A stretch of 64,000 nt of DNA from Felis catus (lineage: Eukaryota), in NCBI RefSeq assembly GCF_018350175.1, contig NC_058368.1, forward strand, positions 126,978,001-127,042,000, in the 5' to 3' direction. The notes under the pieces are model-generated. The model was not told the origin of the DNA, made no database searches, and saw only the letters and a program-made list of their open reading frames with translations. This document shows, in pieces, positions 24,661 through 38,939 of the stretch; the first letter of the stretch is position 1; each line of letters starts with the position of its first letter. The position numbers and the translations under genes were made by a program.

Positions 24661-25885
24661 GCTGACGTTGATGATAAAAAAATAACAGGTAGGGAGAATC
24701 ATAAAATTAGTAAGGACTAATAAAGTAGAACAAACAAAGGACAGGTAGTATTTTTCTCCTTGTAAGCAGAGTTAGGCCTGAAGGAGTGCCACCACAATTG
24801 GAAGAGCAATATTTCTTCAAAGATTTTTTTCTAGTGAAAAATGAGTTATCTGAACCAAATACATCAGCATAGACCTGCATGATAAATTTCTATAAAATGT
24901 TAGTGGAATGCATTTTGCATTTGGTGTTTGATTGCAATTAGATGTCAAGTAGCTACAAAACCTAATTGTCCTCTTAAAAAATCTTCAAGGATTATTTTGA
25001 AACTGGTCTGTGAGAGCTACTTTAAAGGTAAACCATTCTGGGCTGATTCAGTTTCTGGTTCTGCTCTCCCTGAGACAAACTGCCAATAGTCCACTAGGCG
25101 ATAAGTCGCTTTGTGTACACTGAGATAAGAAGACAAATTAATTCCTTAAACTTAAAGGGAGACCCACATTAAGGTCACAAGGGTTTTGGAAAGCCTAGCT
25201 CTCCATTAGGGAGATAAACCATAGCATCCCATAATACACATTTTCACATTTCACTACAAAATTGAGATCATTTCATTAATAACAAAATTTATCAAAATAT
25301 AAATGCTGTCCCCTTTGCAGAAATCAATAATTTAATATAAAATAAAACTAGCATTTGACTCAGAAACAAATCACAGCCATGTCTGTTTAAGGTGGCTCAC
25401 CCAAATTTCATAATAGGAACCAAGAAAAAGAAGTATGTAGATTTAGGAAAGGGTGTTCATCTCTGTGATTTGGCCCTGAAACCAATCAATTCTGCCTGGG
25501 GCAGTGCAGAAAAAAAGCTCTCCTTTCTAGTGAATCTTCATGTCTCACCCACTGAAAAAAGTTTTACACCCCATTAACAGGTTGGTCAACTTTTAACATT
25601 TGATGTCCCTTTCTGCTTCAACTCAAGCAAATAGAAAGAAAGGGTTTAGTCACATCTAACTTCTCCAAACTAGTAAGTAAAGTTAAAATGCAAATTTGAT
25701 AGTGTGCTTCCCCTTCCTTAAAGCCCTTCTTCAACAATGCTCCATTCACTTAGCCAGGGGCCCAGTGGTCAGGCCAGTGTAAACCTGAGGAAAGGTCACC
25801 ACTTTCTAACTCACATAGCCTAAAGGACTGCCCTTCTGTAACTTACCTAACCAGAAATGGTGCCTTTTAAAAATATGCAAAAGGT

Positions 25886-26085
25886 GGGGCACCTAGGTGG
25901 CTCATTTGGTCAAGCATCCCGACTTTAGCTCAGGTCATGGCTCAAGCCTGGCGTCAGGCTCTGTGCTGACAGCTCAGAGCCTGGAAACTGCTTCAGATCC
26001 TGTGTCTCCCTCTCTCTCTGTCCCTCCCCCACTCATGCACTGTCGCTCTCTCTCTATCAAAAATAAACATTCAAAAAATTTTTTT
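25886..26085 (+). mobile_element. Can-SINE with short internal deletion and 15-bp TSD
   Basis: TSD aaatatgcaaaaggt at 25871-25885 and 26086-26100. Confidence 0.94.
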
Positions 26086-28056
26086 AAATATGCAAAAGGT
26101 ATATTAGGTATACAAAAGGCACAGAGGCGTTCCTTCAGAATTAGCTTCATGCCGATTTGATTATACGCTCCCACAACAACTTGCATTTTGCCTTCAGGGT
26201 ATTTAAGGCATTTCAATCATATATTTTTAATTTTTCTTTGCCCTACTAGACTGTAAAGTAGGAATTGTGACCACATAGTTCATCTATATATCCCTGGCTT
26301 CTATTATAGTGCCTGCTACACAAGTAGTTGGTTAAAAAACATTGTTATATAAAGTCGGTTTGCCATGTTATGTTCAATAATTGATATGATTCTTGATAAA
26401 AGTTATTACTGAGAGGATATGAAATAATTCTATATCCTCATATGTGACTTTATCATGGTTATTCCCAAACGCCAAGGGCATATGGTATTCCAAAATAAAG
26501 TGAAATTACAACAGTAATAATGATAAGGCCAATGTAACACAGTTATACATACACACACACAAATTAATGAAAGGTTTCAATGGCTCCCTTTTGGGGATGA
26601 CTGCCCTTTTTTTCCTATTTTGTGATATTAAATGTATGTGGAATGTAAGACATAAATATCCCAATATGAAATCATGACTCTAGTAAATGGCAGTCGTTCT
26701 GTTGAAAATAGCTTTATTTGGCAAAAGTTAATAAGAGTTGATGAGTTGGTAATCCTATGTTGGGCCTCTCAATTTTTTTTTTTTTAATTTTGAAATTCCA
26801 AAGTCTGGGAATCATCGACTGAGCAGAATTTTTCCCATCGGAACAGACTTGAGGATTTTTGTGATGCACGTCTTAGTTTCTAATCATGTGTGGCTCCAAC
26901 TTCCAATCCTTCCTACATTTACTTCTCCATCCTCATACTTTGCCTTTTGTGATACTCCCCATGACTATACTTTCTCCGAACTTTATTATTTTCATCAATC
27001 GATACCGTATAGTTCTTGTCCCCACTTACAGCCACTTTAGACTCCCAAATCTTTGACATGGTTTATTTTGCTTTAAGAGAAATAGGTTAAGATTTTAAAA
27101 TTCTAATTATATACATTATAATAATGGGTCTGATACATTCACCTGCAGGTGACTGGAATAACTAAAGGTATAAATTTTAAAGGTAAAAGCAAAGCAAGTT
27201 TTCTTTGAATTCATTAAACTTCCTAAATATTTGATAAGGGGTAGGGATCACAGTTGAGCCAGACAGTGATTTTCCTCAGCCCTTGGAGCAAATGAGTGGG
27301 AGAATAAACACAAGTCACATTTACTCTAGCAGTCACTAGAAATATAATTATTTATGTGTGCCATTTGGGAAGCACTGGTCCAAATGATTTCCATGATTCA
27401 ATACACATGTAAGTTGAAATTGACAACACTCAATAGCAAAACTATTCAGAGGATGTTATTTGATGGAATAATAACATTTTAAATTTTATATTCCATTATA
27501 GTACATTTTCCGGTATAGTTTTTTTGAAATGGTTAACATAGAGAAGCATACTATCAAGGAGCAGATGAAAGTAACACCACCTTCCTCCTCCCTTTAAGGA
27601 AAGTTCCTATTGGTATTCCTGTTATGTATACAGGCTTGGGACTTTGTGGCATTTACGGCATATTGACATGATTAACATTTTCACTTGATTGAGGGAAGTG
27701 GCATTCATTTTTAGCTCTGCTTTGGAATATTATTAACCTGATTTGAAGATAATATATTAGAAATGTCCTTGTCAGTCAAACCCCCTGAGCTGTAGAAATG
27801 CTCATGTTGTTCAACTTGTTCAGCCTAATTTGACAAGGGTAGCAAGCCAAGATTGTTCCAGGGGAGAGAGATCTTCCTATTGCAGCAGGAATATCTATTC
27901 CTTTGGTGAAAATTAGTACTAGGATCAGTGTATGTCAAAGAAGACATTGGCATCATTTCACCCAACGCTTTTCCATTCTCTTATTATTTGGATAATTGGA
28001 AAATTCACCACAAGAATCCACACTTGTCTGTCTCTCTGCCTCTGTTTTTCTGTCTT

Positions 28057-28072
28057 TCTCTCTCTCTCTCCG

Positions 28073-28114
<42 letters not shown>
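28057..28114 (+). repeat. Compound (TC)n(AC)n microsatellite
   Basis: Read directly. Confidence 0.95.
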
Positions 28115-28249
28115 CTATGAAAATCCGGCCATGTGAGGTAGAGATTTTGTTGTAAGAATGAAGCAGAAGACAGCTCCCTTCCTCACCGCTACTCAGAGCT
28201 AGAACTCATACTTTTCTAGTAGGAAGAGTAAAGTGGATGCTGACTCTGT

Positions 28250-28460
28250 AACATAGGCTAAAGGCTTTAGAAGTAGAAAGCCCGGAGTTCAGATTCTAGC
28301 TCTGCCACTTCCTAGCTCTTTGAACACAAGCAAGTTACTTAGCTCTTTAGGTCTCTGCTTTCTCATCTATAAAATGGAGTCCAGAAAGTTCTGAGGATTA
28401 CACAAAAGCATTTACTTGAGGCACTTAACACAATACCTTGTACAAATGAGGCACTCAAAT
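28250..28460 (+). mobile_element. MIR SINE
   Basis: gttcagattctagctctgccacttcctagct…caagttacttagctct…tctcatctataaaatgg. Confidence 0.8.
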
Positions 28461-30959
28461 GACAGGTGATACAGCACTAAACTATAGCACACTATATCAG
28501 GACACCAGGGAAGCTTAATTTAAGAAGTCTTGGGTCTCATCCATTCTAATTTTGTCAGTAAACTGTAGGTAGGTACACTGGGCCCCTGGGTACTTGGGGC
28601 CTTCCCAGGCCCACTTTACCCAATCTACCCCTGGGGCAGAAGCTACTTTCCTAGCTTCCTGGCCATAACAGCCCCAACAAAGTCTTGGTGATCACTGCTA
28701 CTGCTTCACCTTTCCTGCCTTACCACCCTGGTGGGCCTGGCCTGGGCAAAAGGCTCTGATGTGACAGGAACCATCCAGCTACGTGTCAGATGGGGAGCTT
28801 CTGGCTTCCTCAGGGATTTCTGGGAGAGTCAAAAGAGTCAAGTTCTGTAGAGCAAGCTGACCAATTTGAGACAAAAGACTGCTGGGCAGAAAAATTGTTC
28901 ACCCTTTCTCCCCTGGGTGGAATGTTCCAAAACATAGAGGTTCTATACAATCTCACAGGTGATATCTTTTGTAACTTAGCGGCTAGCTGTGTTTCTGGTT
29001 AAGGTGTGGCAAGCTTAGTAGTGCAAGGCCTTGGCTTTACTTTTCTTCTTCTCTACTGCTATTCTTTTCACCTTCACCCCTGCCCTCTCTCCTGCTTTCT
29101 TGGGATTGCCTGATTCCCCATCCCCTGTAAAATGGGAGCAGGTCTTGGGCTACATCTCAGGAAGTTTGGGCTAAGACTATGACATTTAGGGAAAAAATGA
29201 GGCAATGGGAGTACAAGAATAAGAAAATTCACAGTATTTGACACCAATCTACTTATCTATATATAATTCCTGGGATTCTCTCAATAGTGGAAGCTCTTAA
29301 GGCCACATTACTGCCTTATTAACAAAGCACAACTGATCAAATCAGGAGCACAAGGGGCCTTTGAAGACAACTCATCATTCCTTTCCTTCCATAGAGTCAA
29401 ATTTCAATTACAACCGAAGATAACATATTTGTAACCACTTAATCCTGTCTTTCAGGAGAGAAGACAGAGAGACTGAGAGTGAAAAGAGATTTTTCTTCTT
29501 GAAAAGTCATGTTCCTTTTTATTTAACTAAAATGTAACAGGATGCTAAAATGCAACGTTGGCATTTTTCTTTTCTTCAGAAATATGCCCACATTTTATAG
29601 AGAAAGCTATATATTGAGGTTCTGCTAAAAAAAAAAAAAGAAAAATAAAGAAAGAAAGAAATGCAATTTTCACATTAAACATAGATTCTAATGTCTGGCA
29701 TTTCTCCTAGTGCTCGCACATAATTATCCATAATTGCAGTTTTTCCAACAGGGGACCCACGGTAGTCACTCTGATTTATTCCACATTATGTGGCCCTCTC
29801 ACACAGTGATAATGATCTTCAATTCCAGCAGCCCCGGCTGTCGCCGCTCTTCAACCTACACAGAACACTTTTCCTCTCATGCCTCATGATGTCGAATATA
29901 GGAACTTTAGGTTGTTATTCAGGCTTCTTTCATCCTCATTTTCTGTATTTTTTATGACTGCTTTTTGCATAGGCACATTTGCTGAGTTGGCACCTCACAG
30001 GTGGTTTGGTTTGTGGCATATTTTAATAGCTATGAAACCATGGGTTCAGCTATTGGGTTGCAATGAATTACATAATGCATGTGCAATTCAGTGCACTAAC
30101 AAGAGGATTTTCCTAAGACCCCAAATGACCCGGGAAACTGACACATGGAAGGGACCGCATCTCATCGAATGTCCCCTGACACAGATACACTTATCCTGAA
30201 GGGCACGCTCTTACTCTGAGGGATGGTGGTCTGTGGAGGGCAGACCTGGTAGCCATCCAACTATACTAAGGCACATTTCTTTCTGCTGCTATTTGGTTCA
30301 TTTTACTTTGGTTTGGTTTGTTTTCTGTTCTTAGCAATCAGGCCGTTTTATGAGTACTTTGGCAAGCAGGAGTCAGAGTTGTTTTCTCTAGGAAAGTTTT
30401 AACCTTTCAGCACAGTAGCAATGTGATAGACATTATAAATTCAATGAAATGTGGTCTCGGGTCCAGGTTGGTGGTAACCCTTTTTATTTCTCTTGCTTAA
30501 TTTACTTAGAAATAAGTGTGATGCTCTAGAGATATTGAGATAAATTGAATGCGGGGCCTGTATGCACAACTGCCTCCGGTCTGAGTTCATTTTCTAGGAA
30601 TGCTTGTCACTAGTAGAGGAGGATAGAGTCCATGCAAGCTGTATTTATTTCATTATTCTCATAGTCCATTCATTCATTCCACACATTTAGTATCTTCTGT
30701 GAGCCAGGCACCGTGCTAGGTGACATGGTTAACACGTTGAGCAAATCCCTGCCCTAAGATGACACACCATAAGATTCTGTTCAAATATAGGGGTTGACAT
30801 TCTTTTTCCAAATCTACATGTATTATAAGGAGGAAAATAAGCAAACAATATTATTAATTTATTCACACATTCATTAACCATTCATTTAAAAAAAATACTG
30901 AAGATCTACTATGTGATAGATACCGTACCAAATGCCAGGAAAGTAAGGATAAAAGAGAG

Positions 30960-31344
30960 CATCTATAAACCATAAGAAAAGGATGCATCTGACTACAGAA
31001 ATAATTTAAAAGCCTAATTGTTAAAACACCCTAAACAAAGTTAGAAAAAAAAAATGAAAAAAATTGCCATAAAAGGGATCATTTTCTTAATACACCTAGA
31101 GCATTAACACATAAAACAAACTGATTCCCCAAGGATAACTGATTTAAGGAATCTTTTACAGGGGGAAACTGTGGCCAATAAACATATGAAAAGGTGATCT
31201 ATTTTATTTATAATTAAACTAAGTGGCAAAATGTTTGTGAATCCCAGGGTCAGTGGATATGGGAATACACACACATTTGTTTTTAAAGTTTATTATTTTG
31301 AGAGAGGAAGAGAGTGAACAAGCAGGGGGAGGGTCAGAGAGAAG

Positions 31345-31400
<56 letters not shown>

Positions 31401-31950
31401 CCCAAACAGGCTCCACACTGCCAAGGTGGAGCCCAATGTGGGACTGGAACCCATGAACCATGAGACCATAACCTGAGCTAAAACCAAGAGATGGATGCTT
31501 AATGGACAGAGCCACCTGGGTGCCCTGGGAATAAACACATTTTTATGCTGATGGTGGGACTGTTATTTGATGTAGTCTTTGGAAGACAGCTTGGCAATAC
31601 CTACAAAAATTTTGCAATTTCACTGCTAAGAATTTGCCTAACAAATACACTTACAAAAGGATACAGAAATGTTCAGGTATAAGGAAACTCAAAATGTTAT
31701 TTGTAGTAGTAAAAGAAAACTGGAAATGACCTTTAAAGTCTATCAACTGAGTTAAATGTATTATTAACTTAAATGGATTATTACACATAAGGGGATACTA
31801 TGCACCGGGTAACAAGAATGAGGTATAACTCATTGTATTTATATAAACACATACAAAAGAGCCTCAAGACGTGTGGTTCAATTTAAAAGAGTATGGTGCA
31901 GAGTGGTATTTATAATATTATCTGGAAGGATGTGCACAAAACTGTGAACA
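30960..31950 (+). mobile_element. Old L1M fragments interrupted by a Can-SINE
   Basis: tggccaataaacatatgaaaagg…gctgatggtgggactg…ttggaagacagcttggcaatac…aactggaaatgacct. Confidence 0.6.
31280..31525 (-). mobile_element. Can-SINE with long (GA)n
   Basis: Reverse-complement head gagccacctgggtgccc; TSD-like tgggaata…cacattt on both sides. Confidence 0.93.
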
Positions 31951-32157
31951 CTTTACTGAACACAGCCGTGAGCAAACAATTGGAGTTGAGACAAGTGACA
32001 GCTATTTGCTAATCTGCTCTCTCATGTGATAGCGTTTACTCTATGCAGGGTTCTCTCTGAGTATGTGCTGTTCTAAGATCTTCAGATATTTGCATACAGC
32101 TAAAATCAAGAAGAAATGAAGATCAATACATGTTTTCAAATGAATTAGGACTCAAGG

Positions 32158-32159
<2 letters not shown>

Positions 32160-32205
<46 letters not shown>
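32160..32205 (+). repeat. (GA)n microsatellite
   Basis: Perfect run. Confidence 0.96.
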
Positions 32206-32208
<3 letters not shown>

Positions 32209-32223
32209 CATCAAGGAGTAGGC

Positions 32224-32335
32224 AGGGGCATCAACTTACCCCAATTTGCCTAGGACTTTCCTAGTTTGAGCACAGAGGAAACTCTTCAGTCCCAGGCAAA
32301 CAGCTGGGAATGGACTGGAACAGCTGGTCACCCTG
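32224..32335. mobile_element. MER81-like hAT-Blackjack MITE
   Basis: tttgcctaggactttcctagtttgagcac…cagtcccaggcaaac…tggtcaccctg terminus. Confidence 0.65.
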
Positions 32336-33409
32336 GCCTGTCTTGGAGTTACTACAGAGACTTGTGCATTAACCCTATGCACAGGAGAAACTGACGTGAG
32401 GAACTCGCTTTCTTGCTTGCATTTTTCTTCCCTATACCTCTTCCTAGATGCCAAAAGGTCTCTGCAGTTTTCTCCATCTGGAAGTTCCATCACCGCCCCT
32501 TGGCGCAAAGATTTCGACACTTGCTCTAGAGATGTGACTTTCTGGATTAAGATTTCTAAAACTGGGGTTTTCTGGAGGTTGTATAGAGTTTACAGGAGAA
32601 GAGAAGCTATTGTAAAAGCATTGGGAGGTATGGAATTTGGGTATGAGGGAAAAATGTTACTTGTGGAGCTAGGAATGATAAATCCAAAGAGGTTTTCAAA
32701 GGTAAGGAAAAACCTGATGGTATGACGGGAAGGGATAGAGCAATATTCATTAGAAAAACTGAAATGGTGTCTATGAAAGTAAGTTAGATGAAGATGGGGG
32801 GCATTTTAGGGAAAAACTTTCAGAACAAAACACACCAACTCTTAGGAACTACTGGATGTAATCAGCAATTTATATGCTTCTGACACTTTCCATATGACGT
32901 AGGATGCTGTGGAAGGAATAGCTGACTACTGTAGAACACTGAAATTATCCCCGGTGGCAGGTGTTGGGCTGTGTGTACACGACCACCCTAACAAGGTTAA
33001 AGGAGAAATCCCTGGAGAACCTCATTGTTTTCAGTGTCCATGGCAAGAAGGAAGCCAAATATGGCCACACATGTTATACTACAATCTTGTCCAGAAAGCG
33101 GGTGATGTTTCAGATTTGAGAAAGGCATCAGAAGCATAGCTATTCAGTGCATGTGTTTCTCATAATGATGTTGGTATTCCTCTCACATGTGTCCCCACAG
33201 TAACCATTTACTGAAAGAAAGCTAATGCCATTTGAGCGTGGTTGCATTTTCTAAGACTTCCTATAGAAAGGAATCCTCATGATTACTTAGAAGTCACTAA
33301 GTGTGTTGCCCTCAACATTTTTGCCCATCTAAGGGTGAGTGTGCTCCTTTTTTGCATTGACATATCGGTAGCTATGCCACTTTTACAAAACCATGTTTAT
33401 TCTGTACTC

Positions 33410-34240
33410 TGGACCATTCATTTGATCATTTAATATTTGCCAGGGAGTAAGTGGGGGCCTGGGGTTTCACAGATGAGTAAGACACAGACTCCATGCTCAG
33501 GAGGTAATGGTACATTAGAAAATATAAGACCAACTAACATGACAATGTAAGATGGAAGACATGAGAGAAAGAGTTTACAGCAATATAGAAGAGGTAAAGA
33601 AGATTACGCTCAGGAGGAATTGAGGAACTGTCTTCAGGGGCAAAGCAGATACCCTCCCGTTTCTTTAAGAGCTGAGGGTGGAGAAGACCTTGAAGGGCCA
33701 CAGAAGAATGTATTCAAAAGCTACAGAGGTATGAGACAGCATGGCTTAATCGGGAAACTGCCAACCACGGGTTAAATCTGGGGGGAGCACAGAATTGAAT
33801 GGCACGCATGTGGGAGGAAGGAACCAGGCAATGAGAGGAGGGTGGAAGTCAAGGCAGGCAGACTTATTGAGCACTTATTTTGCCCCAGGCTTTTACATCT
33901 GGTATCTCACATGATGGCTTCAACAACCTCCTGACATTGTTCATTACTCCATTATGCCGATGAGGAAACAGAAGATGAGAAAGGTTACACCTGAGCTGAC
34001 CCACAATTCGAGGCCAAGTGTATCTGATACCAAAGCCCCTAGTCAATTTACCACGAGCAAGTGTTTCTAGGTGAAGGGTAAAGAGTTTAAACTTCACCAG
34101 GAAGGCTCTAAGTACTTTCTAATGGGAGTCAGTAGAGAAAGATACAATTATAACTGCATTTTAGAAAAAAAATAATCTGAATCCATGTGCAGGAAGAGCA
34201 AGTGGAGGCAGTGATGACAGACAGGAGGACAGAGAAATAT
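33410..34240 (-). mobile_element. L2 fragments with nested MIR (~33860-34050)
   Basis: Antisense L2 motifs (gatgagtaagacacagactcc; agaggtatgagacagcatgg) and MIR core gatgaggaaacaga. Confidence 0.55.
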
Positions 34241-36492
34241 TTTTCTCGTTTTTTGGCAACGAAGATCAGAATGTAGGGGCACACACAGACAAGTCCAGGT
34301 TTCCTTAGGCCTTGACTTTGTCATACTTGCATTATGCTTAGAAATATGCAAGTGTCAAATACCAATTACGAATCTGAAGATGATGGATTCCAGGAACTCT
34401 GACCCATCTTAGAGGGGAGCAGGGCTGGAGAAGGGGCATAAGGGCAAAGTAATGATGCATCTCTAGGACTGAGAAACATAATGAAAATCTCTGCAGATGC
34501 AGTTCCATGAATGACTAGAAGACTCCCATTCTTAAGGGCGACAGAGATGCTGGGAGCCGGTGAAGCAGTTGTAACTTGCACTTGTGTAATTATTGCAGAG
34601 GGTTACACTTTGGTTAAGTGATCCTGTTGCTTTAGAAGTCTGAGATGATGCCTGGCCTAAGAGTTTTCTTTAGCTGCATGTCTCACTGTAGCTATAAATT
34701 TCAGTCAAGTTATGTCCTGCAAATTGGGCCTAGTTAAAGAACTCAGGAATGGGGAGGTGGGGGGTGGACTGGGATACAGACTCAGGGCTGGTGGAGTTAA
34801 TTTAGTTCTTGGATTGAAAATCTGATAACCATTTTAATCCTCTGTGGTTTGAAAAAGTAGGTCCTTAAAATACATTCATTTGGCACAAATGAAAGCAGTA
34901 AAACAAAAATCAGGGAGTGTTGAAATTCTTAGACTAAGGGCTACTTTATCATAAGCTCTAGTAAACAAGACTAGAGACTGTTTCTGGTTGAATCAGAAAA
35001 AACATTTTCAGTGAAAAATTTCCATCTGATCTTTCTCAGATACAGTAACAAGACATCTATATTCTACAGTAGGTACAAATGTTTGCCCCAGACGGTCAAG
35101 ATTTTGAGATGGTAAACAAACATTTTTAGCATAAACACATGGTGTAGAAACTAACTTCGAGAGTAATAATATTCCTTAACATGATTTTGTCATAAAAGGT
35201 TAAAACCTTTACTAGATTTACATCTTAGGGTCAAGGAGATAGTCATTCTTTTAAAGTTACAACTGTTTGGTTAGATTCAAATCACTAGAGTGTTCCTTTG
35301 AAGGCAAACCTTGTTCCTTTGAAGGTAAAATTTATATCTATGCATACGTGTTCCATTTGTAAAACCGGAAAGAATCCTTCACAATAAACTATAAATAGTG
35401 TATACATACTTTAAATGGATATATTTATATGGCAGAGGGAAAATTCTAAAGGTTTGAGGATCCATAGGAGGAAGGAAAATGCAATGTAACATGTAGATAA
35501 ATGGCAACCCATTTGGTAATTTTTAATGATCATTAATAATCACCACGATTAGTAAATCATTTAAAGAACACATTTCCTACAATTGCTGTTACTTGAAGAT
35601 TTACAATTAGGTAATAATCTCTTTGCACTTAAAAAATAAAGACATCCCAATGAATATATGATACCACAGTTGAATAATATTTCAGGTCCTTTTCTGTAGC
35701 GCATATGCTTGCCTCAGTATGTTGTGATAGCTGTGGAAAACAGTTCACAACTAAAACCATCTTTAAAAAGTAGTTTAGGCTACACCCATATTTCACTGAT
35801 AAGGCCCAGAAAGATAAAGTAACTTTTTCAAAGTCATGTACATACTTGTAGTCTGTTATTAGCAAAGTCAAGACTGACAATTTCAGGATCTTGATTTTTG
35901 GTGCTTTCTTGGTTCTGAGGAAGTTCCTGACAGTCCTGTCCTGGAAAGTAAATAAGATAAGGAGGCAACCAGGTGGGTGGGGCTCCTTACACCACACCTG
36001 ACTTCATCTAAAGCAGGTCTGCTGTGCGTGTTATGCAGAGTTAAGCATCAAGCTTCTTTCTGAATAAGGTTTACTTAAAGAAAGACCTCTTCTACTCAGT
36101 GAAATTTTTTAAATGAGTACATGCTGAACCACACTAATCTGCTAGACATGTGGACGAGAAAATGCTCTAGACATCAGTGGGCACTCTGCATGTTCTAGAA
36201 GGTCAGAGCTATGTCATCTTGGAATTTTCTTCAGAATCTAAATTGGTGTCTTACTGCATAAAGGCTATTAGGTCTGGAGGTTCTTTTAGTTACACCTCCA
36301 GGGGTTTCCTTCTGACCTCAGTTCCTTAATCACCTCCTTGTTTTTTTTTTCACTGATCCATGAGATGCAATTAGCTTGCACCTCTTAAGGCCAACCTTGA
36401 CTTTTTTTGACATACGCACTTTAGAGTTGGGGATACATTCTCCCAGTTGGGACCCACACTTGTGTCTCTGCATAAGCCTTGAAACACATGAA

Positions 36493-36531
36493 AATGAATG
36501 AATGAATGAATGAATGAATGAATGAATGAAT
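36493..36531 (+). repeat. (AATG)n microsatellite, likely an expanded L2 tail
   Basis: Perfect run; (TGAA)n is the known L2 3' terminal repeat. Confidence 0.9.
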
Positions 36532-36684
36532 ACGAGTTTGATTGTAACTGCAGGAAAGAGATAAGAGCCAACAAAATAATAATGATGAAATTGATAAGGC
36601 TGTAGAGTCCCTGATATTTAACAAAGGAAAATGAGTTCAATCTAGCTTTCCACTGGTCCTCTTAGAAATTTTTCCAACTTCTTT

Positions 36685-36870
36685 GGGGTGCGTGGGTGGC
36701 TCAGTTGGTTAAGCGACCGGTTTCGGCTCAGGTCATGATCTCACAGTCCGTGAGTTCGAGCCCCGCGTCGGGCTGTGTGCTGATAGCTCTCCCTCTCTCT
36801 CTGACCCTCCCTCGTTCATGCTCTGTCTCTCTCTGTCTCAAAAATAAACATTAAAAAAATTTAAAAAAAA
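36685..36870 (+). mobile_element. Can-SINE with internal deletion and 21-bp TSD
   Basis: TSD agaaatttttccaacttcttt at 36664-36684 and 36871-36891. Confidence 0.95.
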
Positions 36871-37399
36871 AGAAATTTTTCCAACTTCTTTCTCTCCTTT
36901 TTTGTTTCCTATTTTATTCTTGAGAGGCCTCACATCCTTGCCTACCAATAATGTCTTCAGAACTCTTCCCTGAAGGTGTTTTCTTGGTGAATCCTAAAGA
37001 AACTTTTTCCCACTAAAATGGAAGTTCAACATGGTGATAAACAGTGATGTCTAAGTAAAATATTATTTGGGGTTAAGTGGGAATATAAAGTAGGATTTGG
37101 AAGTGTGTTCTTAAATTTACATTCATAAAATAACATAGTAGCAGAGGTTCTAGGGAGGCACTAAGTTCCTTTCCCTTTCCTTTTTTACCTATCACCCCTT
37201 CCTTTATTTTCCTTTATCCTTTCATCCCTCCCTTCTTTCCTTTTTAGAAGCCTCAAATGTTCACTTTTATTCATATACAAACCCTAATTTGACTGGATTT
37301 TACAGTTACCATTCCATTTTGAAGAACACTAAAATCAAATGTCACCATCAATAAATCAACTAAAGGATCAAGAAGGTTTATAACATGAGCACAGAAATT

Positions 37400-37630
37400 G
37401 ATTTAGCATAAATTAAGACGTTATTGACTCAGCCAGAACCCAGTCTGGAATCCAGCTCTCCCATTTACTGTGCATGTCCTTGAGTGAGTTAATCAAAGTA
37501 AATCACACATCTTCCTATGAAAAATGGAGATAACACCATCTCCAAGTGTAATTGTAAAGATTAGATGATACTATGCACATAAAAATCTTGGATGTGCCTG
37601 GAACATAGTGAATGCTGAATAAATATTATA
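37400..37630 (+). mobile_element. MIR SINE
   Basis: gaatccagctctcccatttact…ctatgaaaaatggagataac…gtgcctggaacatagtgaatgctgaataaat. Confidence 0.75.
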
Positions 37631-37911
37631 ATTGGTATAGCATTACCGGACATTATAGTATCTTACACTAGGCATATCATTGTGAATTGATAAAGCAAAA
37701 GACATTCCAATATTCCACCTAATTAAGCAAATGAGTACTTAAGCAATAATCAATTCATGTACTTCCAGTGTTGTTTACAATTATCTTATTCAAATGATAT
37801 TTTGTCAAAACTATTTGATCCCTCAGTCAATTTAGATTTTAGGACCAATAAATAATTGACAGGCTTTACACTTAGGAAAGCTCAAGATAGTCTCAAAAAT
37901 TCCATAGGTTT

Positions 37912-38118
37912 GGGGCACCCGGGTGGCTCAGTCAGTTTAGCGCCCACCTTTTGGTTTTGGCTCAGATCATGATCTCACGGTTTGTGAGTTTGAGCCCAGC
38001 ATCAGGCTCTCTGCTGTCAGTGCAGAGCTGGCTTTAGATCCTGTCCCCCTCCCTGCCCATCCCTCCCTCTCTCTCCCACTCTCTCTCTCTCAAATAAATA
38101 AACATTAAAAAAAAAAAA
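37912..38118 (+). mobile_element. Can-SINE
   Basis: ggggcacccgggtggctcagtc head and A tail. Confidence 0.93.
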
Positions 38119-38939
38119 ATTCCTCAGGGTTGATGTTGGGTTACTACTTGTCACCATGTGTACCTTTTTCCTGAAGCTGGCTAGCAATGCAGAACAGGGC
38201 AAAGGTACTTCAACTCCTTCATGATCACATGTTTTCACTTTAATCCAATTATGGATATTACCACATGTTTTAAAAATCACAGATCCAAATAAAGGAACCA
38301 TCAGGAATTTCTCTATGGTTTATAAAAGGGAAACATCTTTTATGACTTTATTAGTCTAATTTTCTATTATTGGTAAAGAGAAAAAAAGTATTTCCTTTGT
38401 TCTTTGTCTTGTTAAGAAAACCAAGTGCGCTGTGAGTCACGAGATTTGAGTTCTGGCTATTGACCAGCTGTGACCACTGAGTACTGAGACAAGTCTTCTC
38501 TCTAAAATGGACCCTGTGCTGATGATCAGTGAGATCCTTTCCAGCACTAACAGCCTATTATTTCACACCATGTTACTTTTCCAGATGAACTAGAAGGCTG
38601 TAAATGGTATATTCAGAGAAGACAAAAGGGGACAGAGTGAAAAAAGGGTGTAGGAGTGTCCTCAAAAAGCAAAGAAAAAACACTCAATGAATGCTATTCA
38701 TTAGACTGTTAATGAGAAAAAAAAAGATAAGCAGTGTTTTGAATATTGATCTTCACGATATTTCAGCTGTTAAAATTATAGTTAATTGACTGTATACAAC
38801 AGGGCTTTGTATGTCTTAGACAAGCATTTGTTGAGCACTTTACATTTAGGTGCCAGGGAGTTTGATAAAATTTGCGTTTAATGCAGCCTATCCTGCAATA
38901 GCTTGCAAATAAAGTGGGCAAGTAAGAAAAATGCAGATT

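Noticed and set aside
29973..30000. Plus-strand 28-nt exon candidate
   Set aside because: Good acceptor but weak donor (CAG|GTGGTT) and no partner exons on the plus strand
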